From contig MTOU01000013.1 of assembly GCA_002011745.1 (NCBI GenBank), forward strand, positions 192,279 to 256,278: a stretch of 64,000 nt of DNA, in the 5' to 3' direction. The position numbers and the translations under genes are program-made. Position 1 is the first letter of the stretch, and every line of letters begins with the position of its first letter. This DNA is from Nitrospirae bacterium JdFR-85 (lineage in GTDB: Bacteria > Nitrospirota > Thermodesulfovibrionia > Thermodesulfovibrionales > JdFR-85). Below, piece by piece: positions 8,798 to 17,112 of the stretch. The notes below the pieces were generated by a model. That model saw only the letters and a list, made by a program, of their open reading frames with translations, searched no databases and was not told the DNA's origin.

Positions 8798-10141
8798 TTA
8801 TGCTGCCCTTGAACGGAGAAAGGTCGGTATTGCATTCGCCTCTCTTGGGCCAACAGTAACCTTCCATCCCTCAAGCTTCTCCTCTATTGCACCGCTGAGT
8901 ATTGCTACATATCCAGGTATTATCAGCTCCCTGTGGTTCAGTTCCTTTTCTATGCCGCTTTCTTTGATAAAATTAGCAATCTTTGCTCCAGTGAATTTAC
9001 CTGCTGCCCAGGCAGTAAGAACAGACAGCCCTTCACAATCCATAACTGCAAGATATGCGGGCACCTTGGAGTTCTCGATCTCTCCAGAGACAATAAAGTA
9101 TGTAAGTGAGAAATTGGTTGTAATAAGCAGTGGTGAGTCTGGTGTAGGTTCTCCAATCTTATATATCTTCTGCTCCACCTGCATAGGCACCTGTGGGTCT
9201 GTGTATATGTTCTGTCTCAGTGTAAAGAGGGCGAGGTTTTTCCACTTCTCTGCAGAACTCATCACAACAATTGAGGCATATTTTGCAATACCAAGACCCA
9301 CAAGAAGGGTCTCATATAGTGGGTCATCTCTTTGGACAAAATTTATGACTGGATACCCAAGGGGTCTGAAGTTCTTCTTTATGGCTGCCCTACGGATTAG
9401 TGTGTTATGCTCAAGTATCTGGGATCCCTTTTTTGCTCCTGAATCTATAACAATATCCTCCACCCCGAGGGACTTGACCTTTTCTGTTAATTCTGAAAGG
9501 GCCTCAAGACCATCTGCCTTAACCCCAACAATCGCCTTTGCATCCTTTGCCACAGAGACCATTGCCTCTAAGTTCTCACTTGTCACACCATAAAGAAGTG
9601 GATTCTTGCCACTGAAGTGCCCCAGTGCAACCTTTGCTGCTTCTGGATCTTCTGTGGCTACTATAACAGGCACATCTGCTGCCTTTTCAGATACCTTCTT
9701 TGCCAGTGCCTCAAACTTGGCAGCATCACCTGACTCATTGGTAATACATATGGCATCCACCCTGAGCAGCTGTCCCACCCTGTTTATCTCTGAAGTGAGC
9801 ACATCCTCTATCTTCTGATCCTGCCTTGCCTCATCATCTGTATCCTTTATCTCAAGGGCCAACACAGTGGGATTTACAAATTTCTTCTCATGTCTGAAGA
9901 GCACAGTCTCCTCACCCATTTTTACTGCTTTGTCTCCCACACCAAGGGTTATGGGCCTTACTGGTGGTGCAGAGGCCTCGCCCAGTATCCTCTTTGCCTC
10001 TTCTGAAACATCAGGACACTTATCAAGACTTGTCTGGCGCTGGGCCAGTTTCATTGCAAAGGCAAGACAGGTGGGGAATCCACACTTCTTACAGTTTGTC
10101 TTTGGAAGAAGCTTGAATATTTCAACACCACTTAGTGCCAT
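8798..10141 (-). CDS. acsC: Corrinoid iron-sulfur protein large subunit
   Basis: 447 aa. N-terminal NCKKCGFPTCLAFAMKLA...DKCP is the 4Fe-4S motif characteristic of AcsC/CdhE. It lies next to acsD and acsB. Confidence 0.9.
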   Translation of the reverse strand: MALSGVEIFKLLPKTNCKKCGFPTCLAFAMKLAQRQTSLDKCPDVSEEAKRILGEASAPPVRPITLGVGDKAVKMGEETVLFRHEKKFVNPTVLALEIKDTDDEARQDQKIEDVLTSEINRVGQLLRVDAICITNESGDAAKFEALAKKVSEKAADVPVIVATEDPEAAKVALGHFSGKNPLLYGVTSENLEAMVSVAKDAKAIVGVKADGLEALSELTEKVKSLGVEDIVIDSGAKKGSQILEHNTLIRRAAIKKNFRPLGYPVINFVQRDDPLYETLLVGLGIAKYASIVVMSSAEKWKNLALFTLRQNIYTDPQVPMQVEQKIYKIGEPTPDSPLLITTNFSLTYFIVSGEIENSKVPAYLAVMDCEGLSVLTAWAAGKFTGAKIANFIKESGIEKELNHRELIIPGYVAILSGAIEEKLEGWKVTVGPREANAIPTFLRSRAA

Positions 10142-10171
10142 TGCTCTATACCTCCATCAAAAATTTTTATC

Positions 10172-11113
10172 TTATCCCATCATCTCATCAATAAATCTCT
10201 CTACCAGTTCAACCGCCTTTGGATGACGCATAATTATAAGCTCTGCACCTGCAAGCAGAAGGCTTGCGGTGGTTACAGCCTCCCAGAGGATTCCTCTCTC
10301 CTGGAGACTCCCCCATTCAGGAAGATCTTCTTCGGATGCCTGAGTCTCCTTTATCTTCCATACATACATGCCCACATCTGCAAGCATAGGTGGCTGCATA
10401 ACAGGATCATTCTGGGCCAGTGCAGCCAGTCTTATCCTCTCCATAACAGAATATGTATACTCAAGCCCATAACCGAGGGCAGAACACATGGGGTCAGTAA
10501 TAAGTCTCTCCTTCTCAAATCCCATCTGTGTAATAAGGATATTCAACTGCTTGGATAGATTTATGTCCAGCTCACTCATGGCAATCAGCTTATGCCCGTT
10601 TGCCATTGCTGCAGCCGCTATAGTCTTGTAGTTTGCCTCCTGTGCCTTGCCTATTATGCAGTTGCGATCCTTTGCTACTTCTGCCACCTTCACGAGCACC
10701 TCTGAGTCCTTATCCACATGGTTGCTTCCGAGAATAATAAGGGGCACCTTTACTGCCTCAAGAACCTCCTTCACCACCTTTACTGCATCATCTGCAGAAA
10801 GGTCCTTCTGATCAGGATGGGTACCAATAAGCCTCAGGGCTATTGCCTTTGCCTTCAGCTCATCCACACAGTACTTGGCCCATTTTGCAGGGTCATCCGA
10901 GACCTCGCTATATACCTCTCTTACCGTTTCTGGCCAGTCCTCTGGTGGGATATCCTGTATCTCATAGGCAATAAGAGGTCTGTTAGGAATCTCTCCTTCA
11001 AAGGAATGGAAGGGAAGGGTATTCTCTCCTCCAAAGGTCTCCTGTATCTCTGTCCCGATTGTTACTGGGAAAACCTTGCCTGCAAAACTCTCTTTTGGTA
11101 CCACAAAAGCCAT
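10172..11113 (-). CDS. acsD: Corrinoid iron-sulfur protein small subunit
   Basis: 313 aa TIM-barrel-like protein between acsE and acsC. Similarity to AcsD/CdhD is recalled from the overall sequence and supported by context. Confidence 0.82.
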   Translation of the reverse strand: MAFVVPKESFAGKVFPVTIGTEIQETFGGENTLPFHSFEGEIPNRPLIAYEIQDIPPEDWPETVREVYSEVSDDPAKWAKYCVDELKAKAIALRLIGTHPDQKDLSADDAVKVVKEVLEAVKVPLIILGSNHVDKDSEVLVKVAEVAKDRNCIIGKAQEANYKTIAAAAMANGHKLIAMSELDINLSKQLNILITQMGFEKERLITDPMCSALGYGLEYTYSVMERIRLAALAQNDPVMQPPMLADVGMYVWKIKETQASEEDLPEWGSLQERGILWEAVTTASLLLAGAELIIMRHPKAVELVERFIDEMMG

Positions 11114-11124
11114 CTCTTCCTCCT

Positions 11125-11982
11125 TTACATCTCAAGATAGGAATGTGCGTAAAGGGTATTGCCTTCTATCACATCTATTGTCTTTTTTATAATCTTCATC
11201 TTTTCTTTGTCTTCAATCTCCTGCCCCTGCACAACTGCATCAAAGAGAGGTTTTTCTTCCATAGCCTCCTTTATCTCAGCAGGGTCTGCTATGGCAGCAT
11301 CCAGCCCTGCATTAAGGAGCATCAGAAAGAAGTATTTATTCAGTATAGGCCTTATATCCTTAGGACACCCATTAGATATATTACTAAGCCCCACTAAGGT
11401 CTTCATAGGTGGTTCATTCAACTGCTTAAAGACCTCCACAGCCCTGATCACCTTTATCGCCTGATCCTGGGTTGTGGCTATCTGAAGTACTAAGGGGTCC
11501 AGATAAAGGTGCTCCAGAGGAACCCCATACTCCATTGCCCTTGCCATTATCTCGGCTGCTATAGCCGCCCTTTCCTCCTCGTCTGCAGGAAGCCCTCCCT
11601 TGCCCACGGTGAGAGCTATTATATAACAACCATATTTGGCTGCAAGCTCAAGCATAGGGAATCTTTCAGGATCGTTGGAGGTGGAGTTGATCATCGGAAG
11701 CCCATACTCATTATTATGGACTTTTAGACCAGCCTCAATCGCCTTATAATTTGTGGTGTCAAGACAGACAGGCAATGGCACAGCCTCTTGAATGGTGGTT
11801 ACCATCCACTCCATAATCTCTTCACCACCATCCTCTGCAGGTCCTATATTCGCATCAATCATGCCCGCTCCTGCCTCATACTGGGCCTTTGCAATCTCCT
11901 GGATAGGTCCCTTGTCCTTGTTCATCATAGCTTCCCTTACACGCTTGGCAATAATACTCAATTTCTCTCCAATTACTAACAT
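11125..11982 (-). CDS. acsE: Methyltetrahydrofolate:corrinoid/iron-sulfur protein methyltransferase (pterin-binding domain)
   Basis: 285 aa. Pterin-binding signatures MIDANIG, CLDTT, INSTS and GLSNISNG. It is the first gene of the acs operon. Confidence 0.85.
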   Translation of the reverse strand: MLVIGEKLSIIAKRVREAMMNKDKGPIQEIAKAQYEAGAGMIDANIGPAEDGGEEIMEWMVTTIQEAVPLPVCLDTTNYKAIEAGLKVHNNEYGLPMINSTSNDPERFPMLELAAKYGCYIIALTVGKGGLPADEEERAAIAAEIMARAMEYGVPLEHLYLDPLVLQIATTQDQAIKVIRAVEVFKQLNEPPMKTLVGLSNISNGCPKDIRPILNKYFFLMLLNAGLDAAIADPAEIKEAMEEKPLFDAVVQGQEIEDKEKMKIIKKTIDVIEGNTLYAHSYLEM

Positions 11983-12216
11983 ACCCTCACTCCTTGCATG
12001 AGTTTTTGGTTTTAGTACATTCTTGAGAATCCTTGATAGCCTTCTTTTGTTCTAACAAGTCTTTATTTTATACTTTAGTTATTGAGGTTACTTTTTATTT
12101 TTTAGACTAAAAATAAAAAATATAAAGATTTGGTCAAACAGAATAACATAAAATCGTGACAAGAGTAAAGAGGAAACTTATTTAAATTTATTATAGATAA
12201 ATTAGATTCCTGTTTT

Positions 12217-13086
12217 ATGTCAAAAGTTGCTCTTATAAAGGGTAAAGACAGAAGAGACAGTATCAAAAGGTCCCTTGAGCTTATCTCGGACGAGGTTAAA
12301 AGGGTTCTTAATTCAAGACAGATTATTATTAAACCCAATCTTGTGTCAACATCAATACAGCTCGCATCAACCCACATTGACCAACTAAGAGGCATCCTCG
12401 ACTTTTTTGCCGAGTTTTATAAAGACAGGATCGTCATTGCCGAGGCGTCGGCGGGCCACACAGAGGAAGGCTTCCGCAACTTCGGCTACTGGAAGCTTCT
12501 TGAAGAATACCCTGTGGAGCTTGTGGACCTCAACAAGGGTCCCTTTGAGAGCGTGTCTATTCTTGACACCCTTGGAAGAAAGATAAACATCAGGGTAAGC
12601 AGCATGCTCTTGGACAGAGACAACTTCATCATATCTGCAGCAAAGCTTAAGACCCACGATACAGTAGTGGTAACACTGTCCATCAAGAACCTGGTCATGG
12701 GAAGCATCTATCTGAAGGACAAGGCACTGATGCATCAGGGTTACAGGCAGATAAACCTGAATATTGCCGAGCTTGCCCAGAGACTCTGGCCCGAGCTTGC
12801 CGTTATAGATGGTATTGTGGGTATGGAGGGTGACGGGCCCATTTATGGCACTCCAGTGGATGTGGGTGTTGTCATATCAAGCACCGATCCGTTGGCAGCA
12901 GACAGGGTAGCCTGCGAGATTATGGGGGTGGACTTCAAGAAGGTAGGATATCTGAGCTACTGTGCAGCATATGCATTGGGTAGGGCAGAATTGGAGGAGA
13001 TAGAGATAATCGGCGAGCCTCTTGAGAAATTTATCAGACCCTTCCGGCTGCACAGTAGTGTAAATGAACAGTATCAGTGGTATTAA
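12217..13086 (+). CDS. DUF362 domain-containing protein
   Basis: 289 aa. IIIKPNLVS, AAKLKTHD..VTLSIKNL.MGS and VIDGIVGMEGDGP.YG match my memory of the DUF362 pattern. No ferredoxin motif is present. Confidence 0.65.
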   Translation: MSKVALIKGKDRRDSIKRSLELISDEVKRVLNSRQIIIKPNLVSTSIQLASTHIDQLRGILDFFAEFYKDRIVIAEASAGHTEEGFRNFGYWKLLEEYPVELVDLNKGPFESVSILDTLGRKINIRVSSMLLDRDNFIISAAKLKTHDTVVVTLSIKNLVMGSIYLKDKALMHQGYRQINLNIAELAQRLWPELAVIDGIVGMEGDGPIYGTPVDVGVVISSTDPLAADRVACEIMGVDFKKVGYLSYCAAYALGRAELEEIEIIGEPLEKFIRPFRLHSSVNEQYQWY

Positions 13087-13958
13087 GCACCCTTGCAGAA
13101 CTCATCCCATAGGGTCTCGACCGTCCACAACAGTGCCTCTGCCACGGCTGCCATGAACTCCACTGAAAGGGTCTCTGAGGTGTCCGCACTGGTGTGATAG
13201 TTGGGATTACGAAACATAGCAGTATCAGTAATCATTACAGCAGGGAATCCCGCATCCCAGAAGGGTGCATGGTCACTGAACCGGGTGGGGAGTATCAGAT
13301 ATCCGTTCAACTTTACCCTGTGCGTCTGTACATTTAACTGAGGAACATACCTTTCAGCAGTCTCTTTGAACAGCTCCATTATGGGTTCGGCCCTTTTGTT
13401 GCCAATTATTCCTATAAAGTCACCCACCCTTGGAGCCTTTACAAGGGGAGGCAGGTGCTGACTTCCTGGTTCCCTGCTCATGTAGCCTACGGACTCAAGT
13501 ATAAACACTGCCTGATAGGTATGACCCAGGGAGAGCATCTCTTTAACAAAGTGTTTACTGCCTATTAGAAAGCTCATGGCGCCCGGTTGTGGCTCCTCCA
13601 GGGTAAAGGCGACGAACTTCACCCCCTGCCGGGGCCCAAGCACCCTTGCCACCTCAAGCATCACCGCTACCCCAGAGGCGTTGTCATCTGCACCGGGACT
13701 ACCCGCCACTGCGTCGTAGTGAGCACCTATAAGGATCCATCTTCTTGGTGTGTGTATACCTTCCTTGGTGGCAATGATGTTTGAGTAGTGCCTGTGTTTA
13801 AAAACAAACTCATCTGAGTCAACCCTAAACCCCATTAAGGCAAACTCAGCCCTCAGAAGCTCTGCCGTCCTTTGAAGCTCTTCATAGTAGTATGTCCCGT
13901 CCCGGAATCCCTCCAGCCTTCTTACCCACTCAATTATCCTGTCACCTGAAACCCGCAT
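13083..13958 (-). CDS. M28-family zinc aminopeptidase
   Basis: 291 aa. HYDAVAGSPGADDNASGVAVMLEVARVL, FVAFTLEE and DHAPFWDAGFPAVMITD are M28 metal-ligand motifs. Confidence 0.8.
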   Translation of the reverse strand: MRVSGDRIIEWVRRLEGFRDGTYYYEELQRTAELLRAEFALMGFRVDSDEFVFKHRHYSNIIATKEGIHTPRRWILIGAHYDAVAGSPGADDNASGVAVMLEVARVLGPRQGVKFVAFTLEEPQPGAMSFLIGSKHFVKEMLSLGHTYQAVFILESVGYMSREPGSQHLPPLVKAPRVGDFIGIIGNKRAEPIMELFKETAERYVPQLNVQTHRVKLNGYLILPTRFSDHAPFWDAGFPAVMITDTAMFRNPNYHTSADTSETLSVEFMAAVAEALLWTVETLWDEFCKGA

Positions 13959-14067
13959 TGTATCAGTTTATCACAAAATGCCAGAAAGTTCAGAGCAGTG
14001 CCTCTGTGGTAGAAAAACAGAGAAATCGTAAGAGAATTTAAGAAAATTTGCGAATAAGACAAAAAAC

Positions 14068-14100
14068 CTACTACTACTACTACTACTATTTATTTATTTT
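14068..14100. repeat. Microsatellite (CTA)7 immediately followed by a (TTTA)n tract
   Basis: Read directly: cta x7 at 14068-14088, then tttatttatttt at 14089-14100. Confidence 0.95.
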
Positions 14101-14105
14101 CATGT

Positions 14106-14134
14106 TTGACAGCATAAGGAGGTTTTTGATTTAA
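14106..14134 (+). promoter_or_regulatory. Putative sigma-70-type promoter of the beta-helix surface protein gene
   Basis: Perfect TTGACA at 14106-14111, a 17-nt spacer, then a weak -10 ATTTAA at 14129-14134. It lies 44 nt upstream of ATG 14178. Confidence 0.3.
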
Positions 14135-14177
14135 AACCCAGAAGTTTTTGTCAAACCGAAGCAGGAGGAGGCAAGAA

Positions 14178-16175
14178 ATGGTAAGAAAGGCAATCGTTCT
14201 TATCTTATTTCTGTTGTTCGGTTTTTCCGTGGCAGAGGGAGCGGTCTTTGATGTCTCAACCCCAACGGAGTTTCAGAACGCCCTCACAGAGGCACAGAGC
14301 AACAATGAGGACGATGTGATCAATGTCCTAGCAGACATGAGCATTACCACCACCCTAACCTACCAGACGGACGACGGAGACGGAGGTCACAGCCTGACCA
14401 TAAACGGCAACGGACACAGCCTTGACGGAGGAGGAAGCGTGCAGATAATGAACATTAACACTGACATAAGCCAAAACGGCGGTGACGCTGGCGGCAACAT
14501 AACCATCAGAGACCTCACCTTTCAAAACGGCAATGCAGGAGGCGGCGGAGGGCTTCAGGTATGGACAATCGAGGCAAATGTAACTATTGATCACTGCACC
14601 TTCTCTGGCAACAGTGCCAATTGGGACGGAGGCGGTGCTCGTGTATGGACACCCTCAGGCAGCATAACCCTCACGAACAACAGCTTCTCCGGTAACAGTG
14701 CCAATGAGGAGGGAGGCGGCGTCTATGTAGGGACAAACTCAGGCAGCATAACCCTCACGAACAACAGCTTCTCCGGTAACAGTGCCAATTGGGACGGAGG
14801 TGGCGTCTATGTAGGGACACCCTCAGGCAGTGTAACCCTCACGAACAACACCTTCTCTGGCAACAGTGCCAGTTATGAGGGAGGCGGTGCCAATGTATGG
14901 ACAGACTCAGGCAGTGCAACCCTCACGAACAACACATTCTCCGACAACAGTGCCAATCGGGATGGAGGCGGTGCCTATGTATGGACAGAGTCAGGCAGTG
15001 CAACCCTTACGAACAACACCTTCTACGGTAACAGTGCCAATTGGGACGGAGGCGGTGCCGATGTAGGGACACGCTCAGGCAGCGTAACTCTCACGAACAA
15101 CACCTTCTCTGGCAACAGTGCCAGTTATGACGGAGGCGGTGCTCGTGTGTGGCTCGAGTTTGACCAGGCAACTGCTCAGGTTTACAACAACATCTTCTGG
15201 CAGAACACTGCCCAGGCAGGAGGCTCAGACGGAGACGACCTGTATGTAGAATCTGACGGTGATGGAAACGGCACTGGCTCTACTGTAGAGCTTTTCAACA
15301 ACGACTTCTCAGGCAGTGCTGATTTCACCACAGGACAGTCAGAAGACCTTTACATCACGGACACTGACAACTACTCCCAGGGTGGGAACATCCAGCAGGA
15401 CCCCCTCTTCGCTGACCCTGATGGTGGAGACTTCCACCTCACCTCAGGTTCACCCTGCATAGACGCAGGGGACAACAACGCCCCAGGGTTGTCCACAACA
15501 GACTTTGAGGGAGAACCGAGGGTCAGTAACGGCACGGTTGACATCGGAGCAGACGAGTTTCTGGACAGCGATAACGACGGAGTTTCAGACACCGAGGAGG
15601 ACGGAGTGGACGGAGACGGTGACGGCATACCCGACGGAGACGGCGACCAGAACGGCACACCCGACAAGCAGGAAGCGAGAGTTGTTTCACTGAAGAACTC
15701 GGTAGACGGCAGGTATGTAACCTTCGTGACAGGCAGTGGACAGTTCGTAGAGGTGAGGGCGGTGCCAGTGCCTGCTGACGCACCTCAGAATGTGAACTTT
15801 CCTTTTGGGATGTTCAGTTTCAGGGTTGTGGGAATCGGAACGGGGCAGACGGTTGATCTGTCTGTTATCGTGCCACCGAACCCTGAAACGAGCGGTTACT
15901 GGAAAAAGAATGCGCAGACCGGCCGGTGGGAAGACATAGCGACTTCAACGCAGGTCACGGGCAGTAAGAGGGCATTCACATTCAGTCTCACGGACGGAGG
16001 TGCCTTTGACGATGACGGCGTTGCAAACGGAGAGATTTTGGATCAAGGTGGTCCTGGGCAACAGCAGGCCACGGCAGTGCCCACGATGACAGAGTGGGGA
16101 ATGATACTTTTCATAGTACTTGCAGGCACTACAGCAGTGTGGCAGATGAGGAAGACGAGGATGTCAAGAGTCTGA
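14178..16175 (+). CDS. Secreted parallel beta-helix repeat protein with Asp-rich Ca-binding-type repeats and an IPTL-CTERM-like sorting signal
   Basis: ATG 14178 has AGGAGGAGG upstream; the track start 14148 is a TTG. Signal peptide [21 protein letters not shown]. Seven 28-aa repeats of the form TLTNN(S/T)FSGNSANxxGGGxxVxTxSGS. [34 protein letters not shown] is thrombospondin-type-3-like. The C-terminus [32 protein letters not shown] has a motif, a TM helix and a basic tail. Confidence 0.85.
   Translation: MVRKAIVLILFLLFGFSVAEGAVFDVSTPTEFQNALTEAQSNNEDDVINVLADMSITTTLTYQTDDGDGGHSLTINGNGHSLDGGGSVQIMNINTDISQNGGDAGGNITIRDLTFQNGNAGGGGGLQVWTIEANVTIDHCTFSGNSANWDGGGARVWTPSGSITLTNNSFSGNSANEEGGGVYVGTNSGSITLTNNSFSGNSANWDGGGVYVGTPSGSVTLTNNTFSGNSASYEGGGANVWTDSGSATLTNNTFSDNSANRDGGGAYVWTESGSATLTNNTFYGNSANWDGGGADVGTRSGSVTLTNNTFSGNSASYDGGGARVWLEFDQATAQVYNNIFWQNTAQAGGSDGDDLYVESDGDGNGTGSTVELFNNDFSGSADFTTGQSEDLYITDTDNYSQGGNIQQDPLFADPDGGDFHLTSGSPCIDAGDNNAPGLSTTDFEGEPRVSNGTVDIGADEFLDSDNDGVSDTEEDGVDGDGDGIPDGDGDQNGTPDKQEARVVSLKNSVDGRYVTFVTGSGQFVEVRAVPVPADAPQNVNFPFGMFSFRVVGIGTGQTVDLSVIVPPNPETSGYWKKNAQTGRWEDIATSTQVTGSKRAFTFSLTDGGAFDDDGVANGEILDQGGPGQQQATAVPTMTEWGMILFIVLAGTTAVWQMRKTRMSRV
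14580..15167 (+). repeat. Seven tandem 84-nt coding repeats (28-aa beta-helix units)
   Basis: Period is 84 nt. A 52-nt stretch is identical at 14654-14705 and 14738-14789. Confidence 0.9.
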
Positions 16176-16210
16176 TTTGACGAAGAAAGAGATAAAGGCT
16201 TTAAAGAAAG

Positions 16211-16237
16211 GGGCAGGCTTTAGCCTGCCCTTTTTTA
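16211..16237 (+). terminator. Rho-independent terminator
   Basis: GGGCAGGC-ttta-GCCTGCCC hairpin at 16211-16230, followed by TTTTTT. It lies 36 nt after the stop at 16175. Confidence 0.8.
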
Positions 16238-16285
16238 TACTCTTCCGTTTCTTTCTGCATTCTTCTTTCAGGGAACTTCGTGGAG

Positions 16286-16315
16286 TTGCTCAATACAGTT
16301 CAAGTTTGTTAGTAT
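16286..16315 (+). promoter_or_regulatory. Putative promoter
   Basis: TTGCTC at 16286-16291, an 18-nt spacer, TAGTAT at 16310-16315. It lies upstream of GTG 16339. Confidence 0.3.
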
Positions 16316-16338
16316 TTAGGTGAGAGAGGAGGTCGTAG

Positions 16339-17112
16339 GTGCCCGTAAGTGTAGAGTTTATAAGAAAGTTAGAGCGGATGTCTCCTGAGTTGAGGGATGT
16401 ACTGTTAGCGCTGCTTGAGGAGGTAGAGAGGCAGAGGGAAGAGTCTGTAACGAGGAGGGAGTTTTTAGAGTTTGCGAAGAGGACGGAGGAGAACTTTCAG
16501 CAGGTATGGAAGGCGATAAAGGAGTTGACCGAGGCACAGAAGAAGACTGAACAGAGGTTAACGAGGCTGGAGAGAGTGGTTGAGGAGCTCGCCGAGGCTC
16601 AGAAAAGAACCGAACAGAGACTCACAAGGCTGGAGAAAGTCGTTGAGGAACTCGCCGAGGCTCAGAAAAGAACCGAAGAAGAATTAAGAAAACTGATTCA
16701 GGAGCACAAAGAAACGAGAAAGCAACTTGGCGGTCTTACTATAACGGTGGGCTACAGCCTTGAGAACGAAGCATACAGAGCACTGCCTGAACTGCTGAAA
16801 AGGGACCATGCAGTGATGGTAGAAGGAAGGCTTAAAAGGGCATATATAAAAGACCGAAAGGGTAATTACATAGAGGTAAATATCATAGGAGATGGTAAGG
16901 TCAATGGCAAAAGGGTAAAGATAGTAGGAGAAGGGAAAGTACAGCTTTCCAAGAATGATGTAGATGCCTTTGTAAGGAGGAAACTGAAAAGACTTGAGGG
17001 TTTGTTTGAGAATGTATTTCCTGTACTTGTAACCCATATGACAAGCTCGCATGATGTAGAGGAGTATGCACTCAGGAAGGGGATAAAAGTATATTATTCT
17101 TATGACTTTTAG
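16339..17112 (+). CDS. Coiled-coil repeat protein with a C-terminal PD-(D/E)XK-like nuclease-fold domain (DUF3782/PDDEXK_10-like, recalled from memory)
   Basis: GTG start with AGGAGG 6 nt upstream. 21-aa repeats LAEAQKRTEQRLTRLEKVVEE. The C-terminal IEVNIIGDGKVNGKRVKIVGEGKVQLSK contains a D...ExK arrangement. Confidence 0.6.
   Translation: MPVSVEFIRKLERMSPELRDVLLALLEEVERQREESVTRREFLEFAKRTEENFQQVWKAIKELTEAQKKTEQRLTRLERVVEELAEAQKRTEQRLTRLEKVVEELAEAQKRTEEELRKLIQEHKETRKQLGGLTITVGYSLENEAYRALPELLKRDHAVMVEGRLKRAYIKDRKGNYIEVNIIGDGKVNGKRVKIVGEGKVQLSKNDVDAFVRRKLKRLEGLFENVFPVLVTHMTSSHDVEEYALRKGIKVYYSYDF
16525..16680 (+). repeat. About 2.5 tandem copies of a 63-nt coding repeat
   Basis: Units at 16525-16587 and 16588-16650, plus a partial unit at 16651-16680. 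They encode the L(T/A)EAQK(K/R)TEQRLTRLE(R/K)VVEE heptad-rich repeat. Confidence 0.85.

Noticed and set aside
12102-12395. A 97-aa minus-strand ORF spanning the acsE/DUF362 intergenic region.
   Set aside because: It starts inside the DUF362 gene on the opposite strand and runs through an AT-rich promoter region. The peptide is Leu/Ile/Ser-rich and has no ribosome-binding site.
14580-15167. A regularly spaced repeat array that could superficially resemble a CRISPR or a non-coding tandem repeat.
   Set aside because: The period is 84 nt with no unique spacers. The array is entirely in frame within a long ORF encoding beta-helix turns, so it is a coding repeat.
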